64,000 bases of DNA from Octopus vulgaris (lineage: Eukaryota), in NCBI GenBank assembly GCA_951406725.2, contig OX597818.1, positions 84,072,001 through 84,136,000 of the forward strand, given 5' to 3'. Below, one piece after another: positions 40,478 through 54,114 of the stretch. The notes beneath the pieces are model-generated. The model ran no database searches and had not been told where the DNA came from. It was given only the letters and a program-made list of their open reading frames with translations. The translations under genes were made by a program, and so were the position numbers. Position 1 is the stretch's first letter. Each line of letters opens with the position of its first letter.

Positions 40478-40552
<75 letters not shown>

Positions 40553-42265
40553 TGAGGGTGCATATACGCATTCATGCATGGCTACAAATATTCGGTCACT
40601 ATAAACAAATCGTTTGTACAGGTTGTTCAACAAGAAAGTGCAGAACTGTCTTTCTCGGACAACGAGAGGCTACCATCACAATGTCTCCTCTAAAGTAATG
40701 AATGCAGTATGCTAGACGAAATGTATGAAGGGCGAATGTAGTAACTCGAACATATACTGCATAGTGGAAACAATGCCTCTGTGAAAATGGACGATCAGTG
40801 GCAAGAATGTACGAGTAAGAAATAGGGTACATACGTCGGTTACTCCACCAGCATACTAAGGATAAACATTGTATACACAAAGAATAGAAATAAAAAGCAC
40901 GTCATCCGACCAGCTCATCGCAGTGTTACAACAGATACATGAAGCTATACATAGAAGAACAAATGGTACTTAATACAAAATATGAGAGAAGCAGCAATGA
41001 TTTCACCACCACTGCAACCTAGGACAATCGAATAAAATTCTCTGTCTTGGCCTCGACCATAAATCATCTGTTTTTACCTAGCTCTATTTATATGCATTGG
41101 TAGCAGCCTCTATATAACTGGGTGACTCTTCTTCTACTCAGACATGTAATACTGGTACAAAGGCTTTACAAGTGATCTACCTGCGAATTCTCCACTACAC
41201 AGTTCCAGTGACAAAATCCTAGTTTTCCATTCATTTCTATAACAAGCATCCACTAATTTTTCGTTTTGCTCTCTTCTTTCCTTGCGTCACCTGCATTCTG
41301 ACACTCCTCCTAGCACACAGTTAACTCTAATAAGATTAGCTGTTTTGTTGCCTCAGATATTGAGATGATATCTAGTCTCCGCAAGAACTGAGTGATGTGT
41401 AATTGCTTCACTGGGTAAACATTGCATCAGCCATTTACGTGACGTATAAAACGAACGACCAGAAGTGCTTCTGAATTTCTTCATCGGTCGCTTTCCCACT
41501 GTAACAAAGAAATAAGAGGTCGATACCTTAGTATCAAAGACATAGTGTGAGCACTTCTGCTGTTATTGAACCCCTTGCTAGTTGCATCAGCAATTCAGTA
41601 ATGGTCATAAGGACCGGATAGCGTCTGCAGTGTTAATATCCCTCGCCCAGTCTCTGTAATTGTTACAGAAGCCGTGTCCGGAGGTACTTGTCTTAGAACA
41701 AACGGGACTTGCCGTGTTTTCGTGATATCCTAGGTGAATAGGATGAATGGGTCAGGGAAGACATAATAGAACTAAAACTAAAATTTTATACCCTACATGG
41801 GTAATTTTCAGATATCCACCCAGCTGGCATTCACTTAATCGCCTAATCTCCACTTCATCCACATACGCTCTCTGTACATTTTCACACCTCAGCTTGTTCG
41901 CGCTTCTTCAGCTGATGCACGTGCCTCCACATGAATCAGTTTCCACCTTTCCTTCCTGGTGGCTGTGTTATATCTGCCTCTTGTGTTTTCGTGTTTAGCT
42001 TAAAATTAAGCTTTAGTTTTTTTCAGTCCGCAGTCTTAATGTTTTGGGTTTAATCCTTCTGTATGGCACCTTCATAGAGTGTCTTCTCATATAACTGAGG
42101 ACCGAAAAATATCTTATGTGAGAATTTGATAGACGGAAACTGTGATGAAATCCATCGTATATGCATGTTTGTGTGTGTGTGTGTATTTATATATGTCGCT
42201 ATCGCCGCCCTGCGGTTTGACTGCTATCGGTTCAGACATAACAATGTCTGAAATAAGTGGTTTAC

Positions 42266-42322
<57 letters not shown>

Positions 42323-42324
<2 letters not shown>

Positions 42325-42640
42325 GGCGCATGGCTCAATGGTTAGAGCGTCGAGTTTACGAACGTGAGGTCGTGAGTTCGATTCTTGGACCGGGCTGCGT
42401 GTTGTGAACTTGCGCAAGACACTTTATTTCACGGTGCTCCAGTTCACTCAGCTGTAGAAATGAGTTGCGTCGTCACAGGTGCCAAGCTGTATCGGCCTTT
42501 GCTTTTCCCTTGGAGAGGGGAGACCGGTATGCATGGGTGACTGCTGGTCTTCCATAAAACAACCTTGCCCAGACTTGTGCCTGGGAGGGTAACTTTCTAG
42601 GTGCAATCATATATGGTCAGTCATGACCAAAGAGGTTTTC
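42323..42640 (+). mobile_element. SINE family A copy (small internal deletion)
   Basis: GGCGCATGGCTCAATGGTTAGAGCGTCGAG...GAGTTCGATTC head plus core and tail. Confidence 0.9.
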
Positions 42641-43018
42641 AAAAAATATATATATATATGTGTGTACACACACACACACATTGAGAGAGGGAGGGAGAGA
42701 AGAGAGAGAGAGAGAGTTATTCACATAAATAGAGTCTTGATCGGCTAGTGTGTACTAACATTGAATCATATAAGTTGTAATGAGGAAGTCAAACCAAACA
42801 GCGATACTTTGAAATAATTTAATACGTACGTTAAAAACTTTCAGCATGTATTTTGAAATGTCATTGTTTGGTATGACTGCCTTATTACAGCTTACATGAA
42901 TCGATACCAGTACAAAATAGCCGGTTTAGACTACACTTATGCGGATATTCTAACAACAGTTTGGAGTAGTTCAAGTCGAAAATTCTGGTGCAGTGCACTA
43001 CTTATTACCGTAAAAAGT

Positions 43019-43073
<55 letters not shown>

Positions 43074-43135
43074 CGAGAGAGAGAGAGAGAGAGAGATTGA
43101 TAGATAGATAAATAGATAGACAGACAGACATACAA

Positions 43136-43175
<40 letters not shown>

Positions 43176-43241
43176 ATAGACAGACAGATAGACAGATAGA
43201 TGCACAGACGCACACACTCACACGCAAACACACACACACAT

Positions 43242-43286
<45 letters not shown>

Positions 43287-43362
43287 CATATATATATATA
43301 TACATATATAATGCATACACACACACACATATATAGAGATACAGGGAGTGATAGATAGATAT

Positions 43363-43421
<59 letters not shown>

Positions 43422-44316
43422 TGAGCGAAATAAATCATGGTATTTAATCTGAGATTATATGTATTACCTGATTTCTTTTTTTCTTTTTTCGTCAGACGTT
43501 GAACACAATAACAACATGTGCACAAACAAAAATTCGACAAAAAGAAGCTAGCGCGATATTACAACGGTACCACCACCACCACCACCACCACCGCCACCAC
43601 TACAACAACAACAACAACAACAACAAATACTATTGGTAAGACAATACAGCCCGCGGAAAAAAGAGAAAGAAATTCCCCCACCCGCTTCAGAAACAAAACG
43701 CAAACAAAATTTTGCGCGGAAATGTTGTTAAATTGGATAGCTATTCTTCAGAGACTAGGATTAAATTTATTTGCTCTGACCTCTGAATTCAGTGTCAAAA
43801 TTTTACTTTAGAATCGTCGCTATTTCGTGATTTAATAAATATATTTATATTGTATATACATCTCGATTCATTCGTCTTTTCTTTGAATAATCACATAGAT
43901 TTTATATTATATTACATCAAATAACGAACGCTTTATGAAAGCAAACCTAATCAATCAATACGTATATACATAAATACATACATGCATACAAACATATAAG
44001 TGTGTGTATGTGTGTGTAGTGTGTGTGCGCGTGCACATGTGTGTGTGTGTCTGTATGTATATGTGTACATATGTGTATGTATGTATTTAGGTGTGTATAT
44101 TCATATGAATGCACACGCTAGTGCACGAGTAAAAACAATGACTACACATCAACATTCGTATCCCTGGCACACACAAATCTCATATATACATACAGCTGGT
44201 GACAATATAAATATATATATGCATACGTATTGGTAAAGGTACACACGGTCCTACATATACAAACTTCTACATATATGTGTGAGAGTGTGTGTGTTAGTAT
44301 ATATATATGTATGTAT

Positions 44317-44364
<48 letters not shown>

Positions 44365-44560
44365 TAAAATATGCATATAAATATATATACATATTCACAT
44401 ATATATGTGTGTATGTACGGTATATATATATACGATATATATATATACGGTGTATATATACAGTATATATATACGTATATGTCTATATATGCGTCAAATA
44501 CCTGCAGATTTATGTGTTTGTGTATGTATGTATTTATGAATATATATATATATATATAAT

Positions 44561-44596
<36 letters not shown>

Positions 44597-44627
44597 TGTA
44601 TATACATATATATCTATATTATATATG

Positions 44628-44670
<43 letters not shown>

Positions 44671-44830
44671 GTAAGTATATATGTGTATATGAATATTCAA
44701 TTTATAGGAAAATATCCAAAGGATCTTCTGTGGAACCATATGTCGGTGAGATAGTATATAAATGATTTAAATAACATCTTAAGCGTTTGTCTCCATTTTC
44801 CATTATACTTGTATATATACATATATATAT

Positions 44831-45037
44831 AACAATTGCAGCGTGGAAGGTGTTTGTAAGCCATTTTAGAAACACGGATTTTTGTCAGTGAACAGGTCGC
44901 GGTCTTAAAGCGACGAAAATATTTTGACAATTTATACTTAAATGTTGAAGTGAATCGAACGGCTTTTGTGTGTTTCTTAAATGGCTTACAATCACCTTCC
45001 ACGCTGCAATTGTTTTCGTTTCAGCACAGGATCTCAG

Positions 45038-45040
<3 letters not shown>
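44831..45040 (+). mobile_element. Small Penelope-like terminus with 45-bp inverted arms in (TA)n
   Basis: 44831-44875 is the inverse of 44970-45014 (2 mismatches). A degenerate HHR-like fold TTGTCA..GTCGC(loop)GCGAC-GAAAATATTT-TGACAA lies at 44882-44930. Confidence 0.55.
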
Positions 45041-45069
<29 letters not shown>

Positions 45070-45136
45070 CTTGGAAATGGATGAATGGCATTCAATTAAA
45101 TAATAATATATATAATATATATATGTATATATGGGT

Positions 45137-45860
45137 GCAGGATGTTACCAACAGTGTAAGCAACATGAAATACGAGAACAGGCGAGGTAAATACGCAAAC
45201 GAGAGAAAAGAATGGAAAACAGTTCAAGTAAACACAAAGAATAATCCTTCATCTGTTGTCTGCTGTCTAACTACTTCTCAATTCGAGTATTTTGCTCTCA
45301 TATAGTCTAAAATAAAATTTAGGATTTATGGAGGTTCGAAGTTGGAAACAAATCTGGACAGTGGAGACATACAAGGAAACCGAACGTAAACAAATGTTGA
45401 AGGTGATTAGGCCAGAATGACAGGAAAATAGTGAACGCTGGGAGAGATATTTTCTTTGAAAAGAGAAAAGATAGGAGAGAAAAAACGTCCGGTCTTTTGA
45501 ACGTCCGTGCAGGAAAGAAAGATGGTCAGGTGAGGAAAAAAATGATAGATTATGGTTATGTGTGAGCAAGGAGAAAGTAAAAAGCGAAAGAAGGGGAGAA
45601 AGTCAAAAAGAAAATAGTGGAAGTGGGAGGGGGAGAAAAGGGGAATCAGGGAAGGACGATTGAAGAAAACAGTATTGAGTAGAGTTGCATCAAACATTTG
45701 AGGATAAATTTACATGGAAATGGATGCGTAGCGTTGAATTAAATAATAAATTCTAAAACAAAATTTAGGTTTTATGGAGGGTCGAATTTGAGAACAAAAG
45801 GAGGACAGTAGAGGCAAACAATGAAACCAAATGAAAACAAACATAGAGAAAAGATAGAAG
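45137..45860 (-). mobile_element. Older Penelope-like remnant with an internal ~88-bp direct repeat
   Basis: 45137-45260 is homologous to 9285-9410. 45306-45393 is repeated at 45752-45841. Confidence 0.45.
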
Positions 45861-46501
45861 AGATATATTTATATAGAAGTTTGAAAAGAAACACACGAGT
45901 TGATATGTATAAAGAAAATAGAACAAATAATTTTATCATGAAGAACATTTTAGTACCGGTTTCCGTTTTTGTGACATTTTCAACTTAGAGTAGAGCATGT
46001 AAAACATTTAAATTGTGGAAAAATTAAATGAAATGTTCTTTTAATATTTTCAAAATTTGCAAATACATGGGACATTTTCCTTTCTTTTGTCTCTCTCACT
46101 TTTTTACTTTTGTGAATACTAGGCACGTCTCAATGAATATTTAATATGAGGAATATGGGTTCTTAGATTTGACTGTTTATGCAGTAGTAGCCGAGTAACA
46201 AGACGGAGGAGAAGAAGAATGTCGATGTGTTTGCTGAGTGCTATTTTTTTGTATTCCCGAACTTTTATCTGGGATCTATGCAGTGTCATCCTTTGGCGTA
46301 GACTGTTTTTGGTTTGGCCTATGTATTGCTCTCAACACTCTGAGGTAGTAAATATATTAAGTTTTCCGAAACGTGAAGTTGTTTTTTCACTGTAAAACGT
46401 TGCCCCTGAAAGATAGATGTTTAGAAGAAAAAGAAAGTTTTTGTATGTTTCTGCTTTTAAATATGCTAATTATTCTCATTTATGCTTTTCGCTGTATAGA
46501 T

Positions 46502-48986
46502 ATAACATTATAACCCGAAATACTTTTAAACGACGTTGAGCGATTTTCATGAAATATAACTCACAATGACTACTTATGATGCTCTTTGGAAGGTACTTAT
46601 CAATCTTCTTACGAAATATATACTCTTTGAGAAAATTAATTCCATGTTGAGCAATTTCAATTCTGCCGAGAGAAGTATTTTCCTCTAGTTGAAAGTGTCT
46701 GTATTTCTTTTCTGGGGTGTGTGTCTCCTCCGTTCGGTTCAGTTTTATATTTTATTCACGAGACAGATAGCCTTAAACTCTGTGTTTAAGACGGATTCGC
46801 TTTGCTATACACCACCTGATAAAACATATTTCTTAAAACGGAACATTATTTTGCAGAATTTTGCTACGGGATAAGATCATACACTTTTGTACATCTTTTT
46901 TTTCATCTTTCTATATTGCATTTTAAAAATTCTTAATTGTCCTTTTCGTATTGTTTTAAGCTTCCATTTGCTTTTTTTTACTCTTATTTGTCTTCATTCT
47001 TTGCAATTTCGATGCTTTATTGTTATCATTTTGTTATTAAGATTTCTTAAAATGTTTCTTTTCTTCCACATCTCCCTTTCTTTTTGCAACGTTACTCCAG
47101 ACTTTTGTATTGTGACACTAGTCATTAAGGCATCATTCTTTACTACTTGGATTACGATGTTTCTTTTCCATCTATGCTCATTTTAGTTTATAAGGAAATT
47201 TGGTACCATAGTCTCAGTTAACAATTTTGCCACTAAATGATATGAGTATAAACTTCAATGGATGCATTCGATCACTTTGGTGAACAGAGAAAGAATATGT
47301 TTACAGTCATTCTTGCAAAGAACGTATTATAATGGCCTAATCGCAAGCAATTCAGTATTATTTTTCCATGTCCACTCATATGTGTTCAATCTTCCTTCAT
47401 TGGGTTGCAAGCAATATATGAATGAAAATTATGCCAGTTTCTGAACATATGCTAAACTAAGAACCATATGATCCATAGTGCTATTAGGCAAGAATGATAA
47501 TGCACTAAACAATTATAGTCACCAATGATACTTCGTAAATGCAATCTGTTTATGAGACGAGTTAATTTCATTCTTTTGAAAGTTTGTCAATTGATTTATT
47601 AAGTCACTTTATATCCAATGTTGACATCAAAATGTTTCTCTGCGAACGGTATATATATATATATATAAAATAAAATATTAGGGAATAAATCCAAACTTAC
47701 AGGGAAAAATCAGATTTAGCATTAAATCCAATTTTATAGTATAAATATATTATATTATATTATATTAGAGATAAAACCACCATTAGGCAAATCAAACAGT
47801 GAAAAATATAATGGAAATATGTTACAAAAAGAAAATAGAAACTACATGTGGAAATGTAAGGGGAAATTAAGAAGAAAAATAAGCGAAAATGCACATTGGA
47901 AATAAAAAAAAGTTAAGGCTTTTTATGAAAAGTAACGATAGATATATTATAATTAAATGAACTGAGGTAGGAATAAAAATAATAAAAGTGTGAATTGTTA
48001 AAGAGATTCAAAAGCATACCGGTTTCGTAAATTTACTAATCATTGCTTTGAATGCACGCCGATTATATATATATACGACTCTGCCATCAAGTTCCACCAA
48101 ATAGTTCATCCGTCGGCATTCTCTCCCTCATAACAACCATATTTCTGACTTGAATTTTCAGACGCCCTTTTGTCGAGTATCAATTTGTTTAAAAAAGATT
48201 TATTCTTTAACAGTATTAACATATGAAATAATGTTTTACTACAAAAGCTAAAAAAACATTTTTTTCGCTGTCAAATTTCAAAAACTCATTAACAAACCAC
48301 CTTCTGCTGAACCAAACTCATTTAAAAACTTTATTTTATAGACCTATAATACTTATAACATTTGTAATGTCTTAAATTTCCAGACTTAAAGAGATCTACT
48401 TTGTATGTACGTTTTTGACCGCCTTCATTGCATGCAAAGTATGTTTCTCTTTTTTTTAAATAATTATTGACCTTTTTATTTTTATTTTTTGACCCCCTAC
48501 CAACTTGTCCAAATCAGAAAGACTACCAAAGGGCTTAAACCGATATTTTATGTAATTTCTGAAAAAGAATTTTTTGTAATCAATATTTATTGTAATCATT
48601 AAAAAAATATTCGACGTAAATTGGATTATTAATTTATTATTTATTGTTTTATACTGTGATCAAGAAAGAGTAATAATGCCCTAAGCAACCATTACTGTAA
48701 CCCAAAACAGTTTCATCATCATCATCCCCAACTCCTTAATGTTACTATCTCGAGTCTAGCAATCATCTGGCCGATAATTTGGTTTCCATGACGCATAAGT
48801 AACCTACATCACAATTCCACACTCCTGAAGTAGAGCAGGATCCCTAAATTAATTTTCTCAAAGAGTACATATTTCGGAAGAAGATTGATAAGTACCTTCC
48901 AAAGAGCATTATAAGTAGTCATTGTGAGTTATATTTCATGAAAATCGCTCAACGTCGTTTAAAAGTATTTCGGGTTATGATGTTAT
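46502..48986. repeat. 140-bp inverted repeat pair (46502-46641 and 48847-48986) enclosing 2.2 kb
   Basis: Manual reverse-complement comparison gave about 4 mismatches in 140 bp. Confidence 0.9.
47650..48076 (-). mobile_element. Penelope-like fragment (family of 13646-14182) flanked by TA runs, with an HHR-like motif at 48011-48049
   Basis: GGGAATAAATCCAAACTTACAGGGAAAAATCAGATTTAG is shared with the reverse complement of 14134-14172. Minus strand reads AAAGCA-ATGATTA-GTA(AATT)TAC-GAAA-CCGG-TA-TGCTTT. Confidence 0.65.
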
Positions 48987-49914
48987 TGATATTTATTGCA
49001 GGGTTATTCAGCGGAATGGATTGGAGCAACGTGAACTTAAGCGTTTTGTTCAAGAAGGCAACGCATTCAATCCAGAAATCAAAACCACTATTATATGATC
49101 GTGAATGAAAACGCCTGACTACTAAATAAATCGCCTTATCAAGACTGTTTGCTTCTGTACAAAGTTGTTGTCTATTTAGAATTGAAAAAATACAGAAATA
49201 ATTCATTTATTTATGCACTGTATCAGTTTAAAATTGAACAGTCGACATAAAACTATACGTATATTATATAGACAGAAAATCTAGAGTGAGTAATATAGAA
49301 GCCAGGGGCACGGAAGAAGGATCTGAGTAAGCGTCGCAAGCAGTATGGTAGAAAAAGATGAGTATGAAAGAAAAGAAAACAGAAGCAAAACATGATCGAG
49401 TGGGAGAGATAATAATTGAATAGATTTTGTATCTGAGGAGCTACAAATTAGCGAAAGCGAAGTTTCTCTGCCATAAAAATAAAACCTTCTTTTAAAATGC
49501 AAGCCCCTCTACATTTATATTAAACACTATAAGTTCATTGTTGATTATTTTAGTCGTATTGATTTTCAATTGAAAGAATCTTCTTTAATCTAAACACACA
49601 TGCATACACAAACAAGCACACACAAAAGCACATACACACACACATGCTCACACACATATGCATACAAACGTACATACATACATACATACATACATAAATA
49701 CATAAATACATACATACGTACATACATACATACAAAGGAGATGGAGAGGAACACCTATGTTCCATGTGGTAGGCTTCATAATTGTTAAGGAATACCTCTC
49801 TCAACATGAAAACAATGGTAGCTTTAACCTATATATAAAGCATACACACACATACATACATAATGCATACATACATACATACATACATACATACATACAT
49901 ACATAATGCATAAT

Positions 49915-50980
49915 GAAGGATGTCCACTCGTGACCGAGGAAAACCATAAGGAACATTGTGCACTGAAGACTACCTTATGCTTTACACTTGCGGTTCCGTT
50001 GGTGACTAACGAACCCTGCTCTTGACAAACATACACGACTGCAAACATTGCAGACCAAGCCTTCTCCATTCATTACACTAGCAATGCGTCTTCGAGTAGC
50101 AAGCTTACATTCATCAAGAAGAGTACGTGCTCTTTAAAACGTATCGATTCTTTCCTTTACCTGTTTCCTCCATCTGTGGCGATGACAGGCATTTCTCTGC
50201 TAGTCAGCATCCCGCATGTCACAGGCCTTTAATGAGGACTTTACATAGTTCTTAAATCGCAGCCTTGGATTCTGCGGGGTCACTTTTCATTAACAAATTC
50301 CTCATTTCGCATCTGTTTAGGGATCCTGCTCTACTTCATTCTAACAAGGTGTCCAGTCCAACGTAACCGGTGTTTGTACACCATCGACTCAATACTCAGG
50401 ATATCGGCTTTCCTTGGGGCTTGTGTATCTGGTGTTTTTGATGTCCAGCCAAAATTTAGAATGTGTCTCAGACGTCTCTGATGGAAGCGTTCATGATTAT
50501 TTACATGACGTTTGTAAAGAGTCCATGACGGTATACATGCACGATACACAGCCCATAAACTTGCTTCATAAGATGGTAAAGCTTCTTGCTTTCATTTGTA
50601 GCAGCATCAGCCTGAGCATCAAGTGCAAGATCTTCCTACCAGGTATTCTGTGTCTTCATGAGAGATCGCTGCAGTAGTGATTTTACAATGCTGCAGTGGG
50701 CAAGTGCTAGATTTCACTGCACAGCTGGAAGTCCTCTGTGCAGTAATACACTGCGGGCATGGCTCTTTACGACCAGCAGTCGTTGAATTTCAGCATCATT
50801 TTCATCAAACCAGGCTGTGTTTGATAGTAGCATATCCCAGTGATTCGGCAGCATATTGAAAGACCTGGTCTCGAAAATCTTCCCACACTGTAATATTTCC
50901 AATGCTGGATAAACGATCCTGAAGCTCTTTCCTCACCACAGCGTCGTATACCTTATGGACATTCAGATGCCGAGGAATGC
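49915..50980 (-). mobile_element. Internally deleted, decayed RTE (BovB-like) LINE
   Basis: WTLYKRHVNNHERFHQRRLRHIL..W....DT....A...SIESM..HRLRWTGHLVRM, with upstream linker WEDFRDQV...AAESLGY...WFDENDAEIQRLL. Confidence 0.85.
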
Positions 50981-51074
50981 CAACATACATACATACATAC
51001 ATACATACATACATACATACATACATACATACATACATACATACATACATACGTACATACACACATACATACAT

Positions 51075-51976
51075 ATAAAATGTAAGGACAACAGGCCAGA
51101 TTTAATAATTTGGGATCATAAGAGTAACTGTGCACAGTTGTGGAAATTAGCTGCCCAGCGTATGCTAACATAAAGCTGAAGATCAGTGAAAAAGAGAACA
51201 CCTACGCTGAATTATTAAGAAATCTGCAGTTACTCTATCCAGACTACAAGTTCAGGTTTATGCCTGTAATTATTGGGACACTGCGATATGTAACTTACTA
51301 CCTAAATACTAATCTTAAAAACTTAGGCCTTTCAGAACCAGAAAGGAGAGAGTTAATTCGAAGGCTACAAATCCAATTTCCTTCTCCTTCTCGAGCCACA
51401 CCTGGCTCATAAGGGCCGGTTTCCCGGTTTCCTTGGCGTATCGGGACGCCGGTCCGTCGCAGGTGAGCTGCAAGATGCAGGAGGAAAGAGTGAGAGAAAG
51501 TTGGGGCGAAAGAGTCAGCAGAAGTTCGCCATTACCTTCTGCCGGAGCCGCGTGGAGCTTAGGTGTTTCGCTCATAAACAGACACATCGCCCGGTCTGAG
51601 ATTCGAACCCGCGATCCCTCGACCGTGAATCCGCTGCTCTAACCACTAGGCCATGTGCCACCACACAGATCCAATCCATTACTGGAACTTTACAAATCTG
51701 TAAAATTTTCCAGCATTTTATCATTTAAGTATATATGAGCATGTCTAGATATGCAACTCTATGCATGAGAATTCATACATAAAACAAACAAATCTCCACA
51801 TACATAGATACATACATACACACATACATACCTACGTACATACAAACATACATAAATACATACAAACAAACATCCCCTGTTGTTGATGTTGAAATTCCAA
51901 TGAAGGAGCCTTGGGTCTAGGTTAAAAACCGGTTCTTTCTCTATTGGTAAAAAATCTTGAAATATACTGAATAATT
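51075..51976 (+). mobile_element. R4-like RLE non-LTR element 3' end in (TACA)n, interrupted by a family D SINE
   Basis: KCKDNRPDLIIWD...VEISCP...EKENTYAELLRNLQLLYPDYKFRFMPVIIG. The frame resumes after 51675. Confidence 0.85.
51378..51664 (-). mobile_element. SINE family D with 11-bp TSD
   Basis: TSD ACA(A/G)ATCCAAT at 51367-51377 and 51665-51675. The empty site is visible in the paralogous LINE at 31388-31398. Confidence 0.92.
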
Positions 51977-52494
51977 ACATATATACATACATACACACAC
52001 ACATACATACATACATACATACATACATACATACATACATACATACATACATACATACAAATAAAACAAACAAACAAACATACTTACATCCATATACGCA
52101 TATCTGTGTGTATGTGCGGTGGGGCTGCTGTTTTTATTCAGATCTAAGACTGATAAGGCTGGTTACTCTGTTTCTATGGTTTATAAGTGACCAAGAAAGT
52201 TTTACCGGTCTTTTGCAGGGTTCAAGATAGCAGCTTTTTGAAGTAAGGGGACAAGCCGATTACTTCGACCGCATTATTTGAGCAGTACTTAATTTTATCG
52301 ATCCCGAAAAGTTGACAGCGGCAGGATTTCAACTCATAATGTATAGACCCGGGAAAAAATGCCGCTAAGCATTATGTCGGACTTGACAAAGACTCTGCTA
52401 GATTGCTTTATACATATATAAATACAAAGATACATACACACATACATGCATACATACATATATACATACATACATACATACATACATACATACA

Positions 52495-52525
<31 letters not shown>

Positions 52526-52574
52526 GTATAGACATATATCTTTATATAACAACAGCAACATAATGGTAATAATA

Positions 52575-52617
<43 letters not shown>

Positions 52618-52751
52618 TGATGATGATGATGATGATGATGATGTTGATGATGATGGTGGTGGTGGTGGTGGTGGTGGTGATGATGATGATAATAATGATG
52701 ATGATGATGATGATGATGATGACAGTGGTGGTGGTGGTGGTGGTGATGATG

Positions 52752-52784
<33 letters not shown>

Positions 52785-53554
52785 GTAATAATAATAATAA
52801 TAATAATTTGCATGTAATAAATATGATCGAATGCTTATGGAAGTGAATGTTTCCCCTGTAGTTCAAACGAGAAAATATCTATCGACCAAATTTGTTTAGC
52901 CTGCGGTTAGAGAGTCGGTGTTACTAGCGCTGTAGTTGTCTGTCTGGCTCGTTTCGATCATGTCATATTCCTAAATTATACCAACGTATGTGGCTTCTGT
53001 TGTAAACTTCTGCAGTACGGAACTTATGAGAGCAGTCTGTGAAACTGAGAAATACAAACACCAGTATAGCCAAAACTAAAGATAGCCATATTATAGATTA
53101 TCTCAAGTTACCTGCTCTACATGAGAATAAACGATCAAAGAAATGCCTCATAATATTAGAACCTTTCATGAGTCTACATTTTATTTCATTTCATTCTTAT
53201 CTATACATTTGTTATATCTTAAAAAAATCAAGTAAAAAATCTTTCTTTCTATTTTGTATGCAGCGACCATGAGACGGACTGACATGTCTTATGTCTATTG
53301 TCTATAATGTCTATTGGCTCAGCATTCGACACCTACAGCTGATTTTTTAATTATTTATTTATTTTTCAATTAGGCGCAAGCGTGGTTGTGTGGTAAGAAG
53401 CTTCCTTTCTAACCCCATGGTTCCGGTTTCAGTCCCACTGCATGGCACCTTGGGAAACTCCCTTCTACTATACTTCGGGCCGACCAAAGCCTCGTGAGAG
53501 GATTTGGTAGACGGAAACTGGAAGAAGCATGTCGTATATATATATATATATATA

Positions 53555-54105
53555 AGGTTAATCCAAACAAGAAAACACAGAAAAAAAGAAAAAAAGAGAA
53601 AAAACACAGCAACGCAGGACGTGGAACAATTAAAGTATTATTGACGCTCAGGAAAGAAGGGAAGGAGGGTTTAACGTTTCGAGCGGAGCTCTTCGTCGGA
53701 AACAAGGAGAAGGAAAGATCCCAAGGAGGGAAGACAGAGGAGACAATATTTGAGCTGGTGGTGCTTAAGAGATCACATGTTGAAAAGAACAGAATTTGGA
53801 GGTAGTTGAAAAATGGTTTTATAATGCAAGAGAGTTCCAAAAAAAGGGAATGCCTGTGTGTGTGTGTGTGTGCAAGATGACAAGTGTGTTTGTGCGTGCG
53901 TGTGTGTGTGTATTTTTGGTGAATAGAAGTAATGACAAAGCCAGCTGTGGTGATGACTACTAGCTGTTTGTGTCAAGGTAGGTCAAAGACAGGTCATAAA
54001 ACATCATATGTGTGTGTTGTTTGTAGTGTGTGTGTGCATGTGTGTGTTCGTGTGTGTATGCGTAGAGTGTGGGTGTGTGGCGTAACCCTACTATGTGTGT
54101 GCTTG
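53555..54105 (-). mobile_element. Penelope-like terminus inserted in the TA run of a family C SINE
   Basis: Homologous to 9079-9270 with HHR-like motif at 53669-53703. The right boundary is approximate. Confidence 0.55.
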
Positions 54106-54114
54106 TACGTGCGT

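Noticed and set aside
40640-41990. Possible very old RTE-like RT remnants (also 56380-56760)
   Set aside because: Only faint motif echoes across many stops and frameshifts, too weak to call without BLASTX.
43500-43800. Slightly CpG-rich stretch, possible promoter or 5' exon
   Set aside because: No supportable core promoter, splice structure or downstream coding exon.
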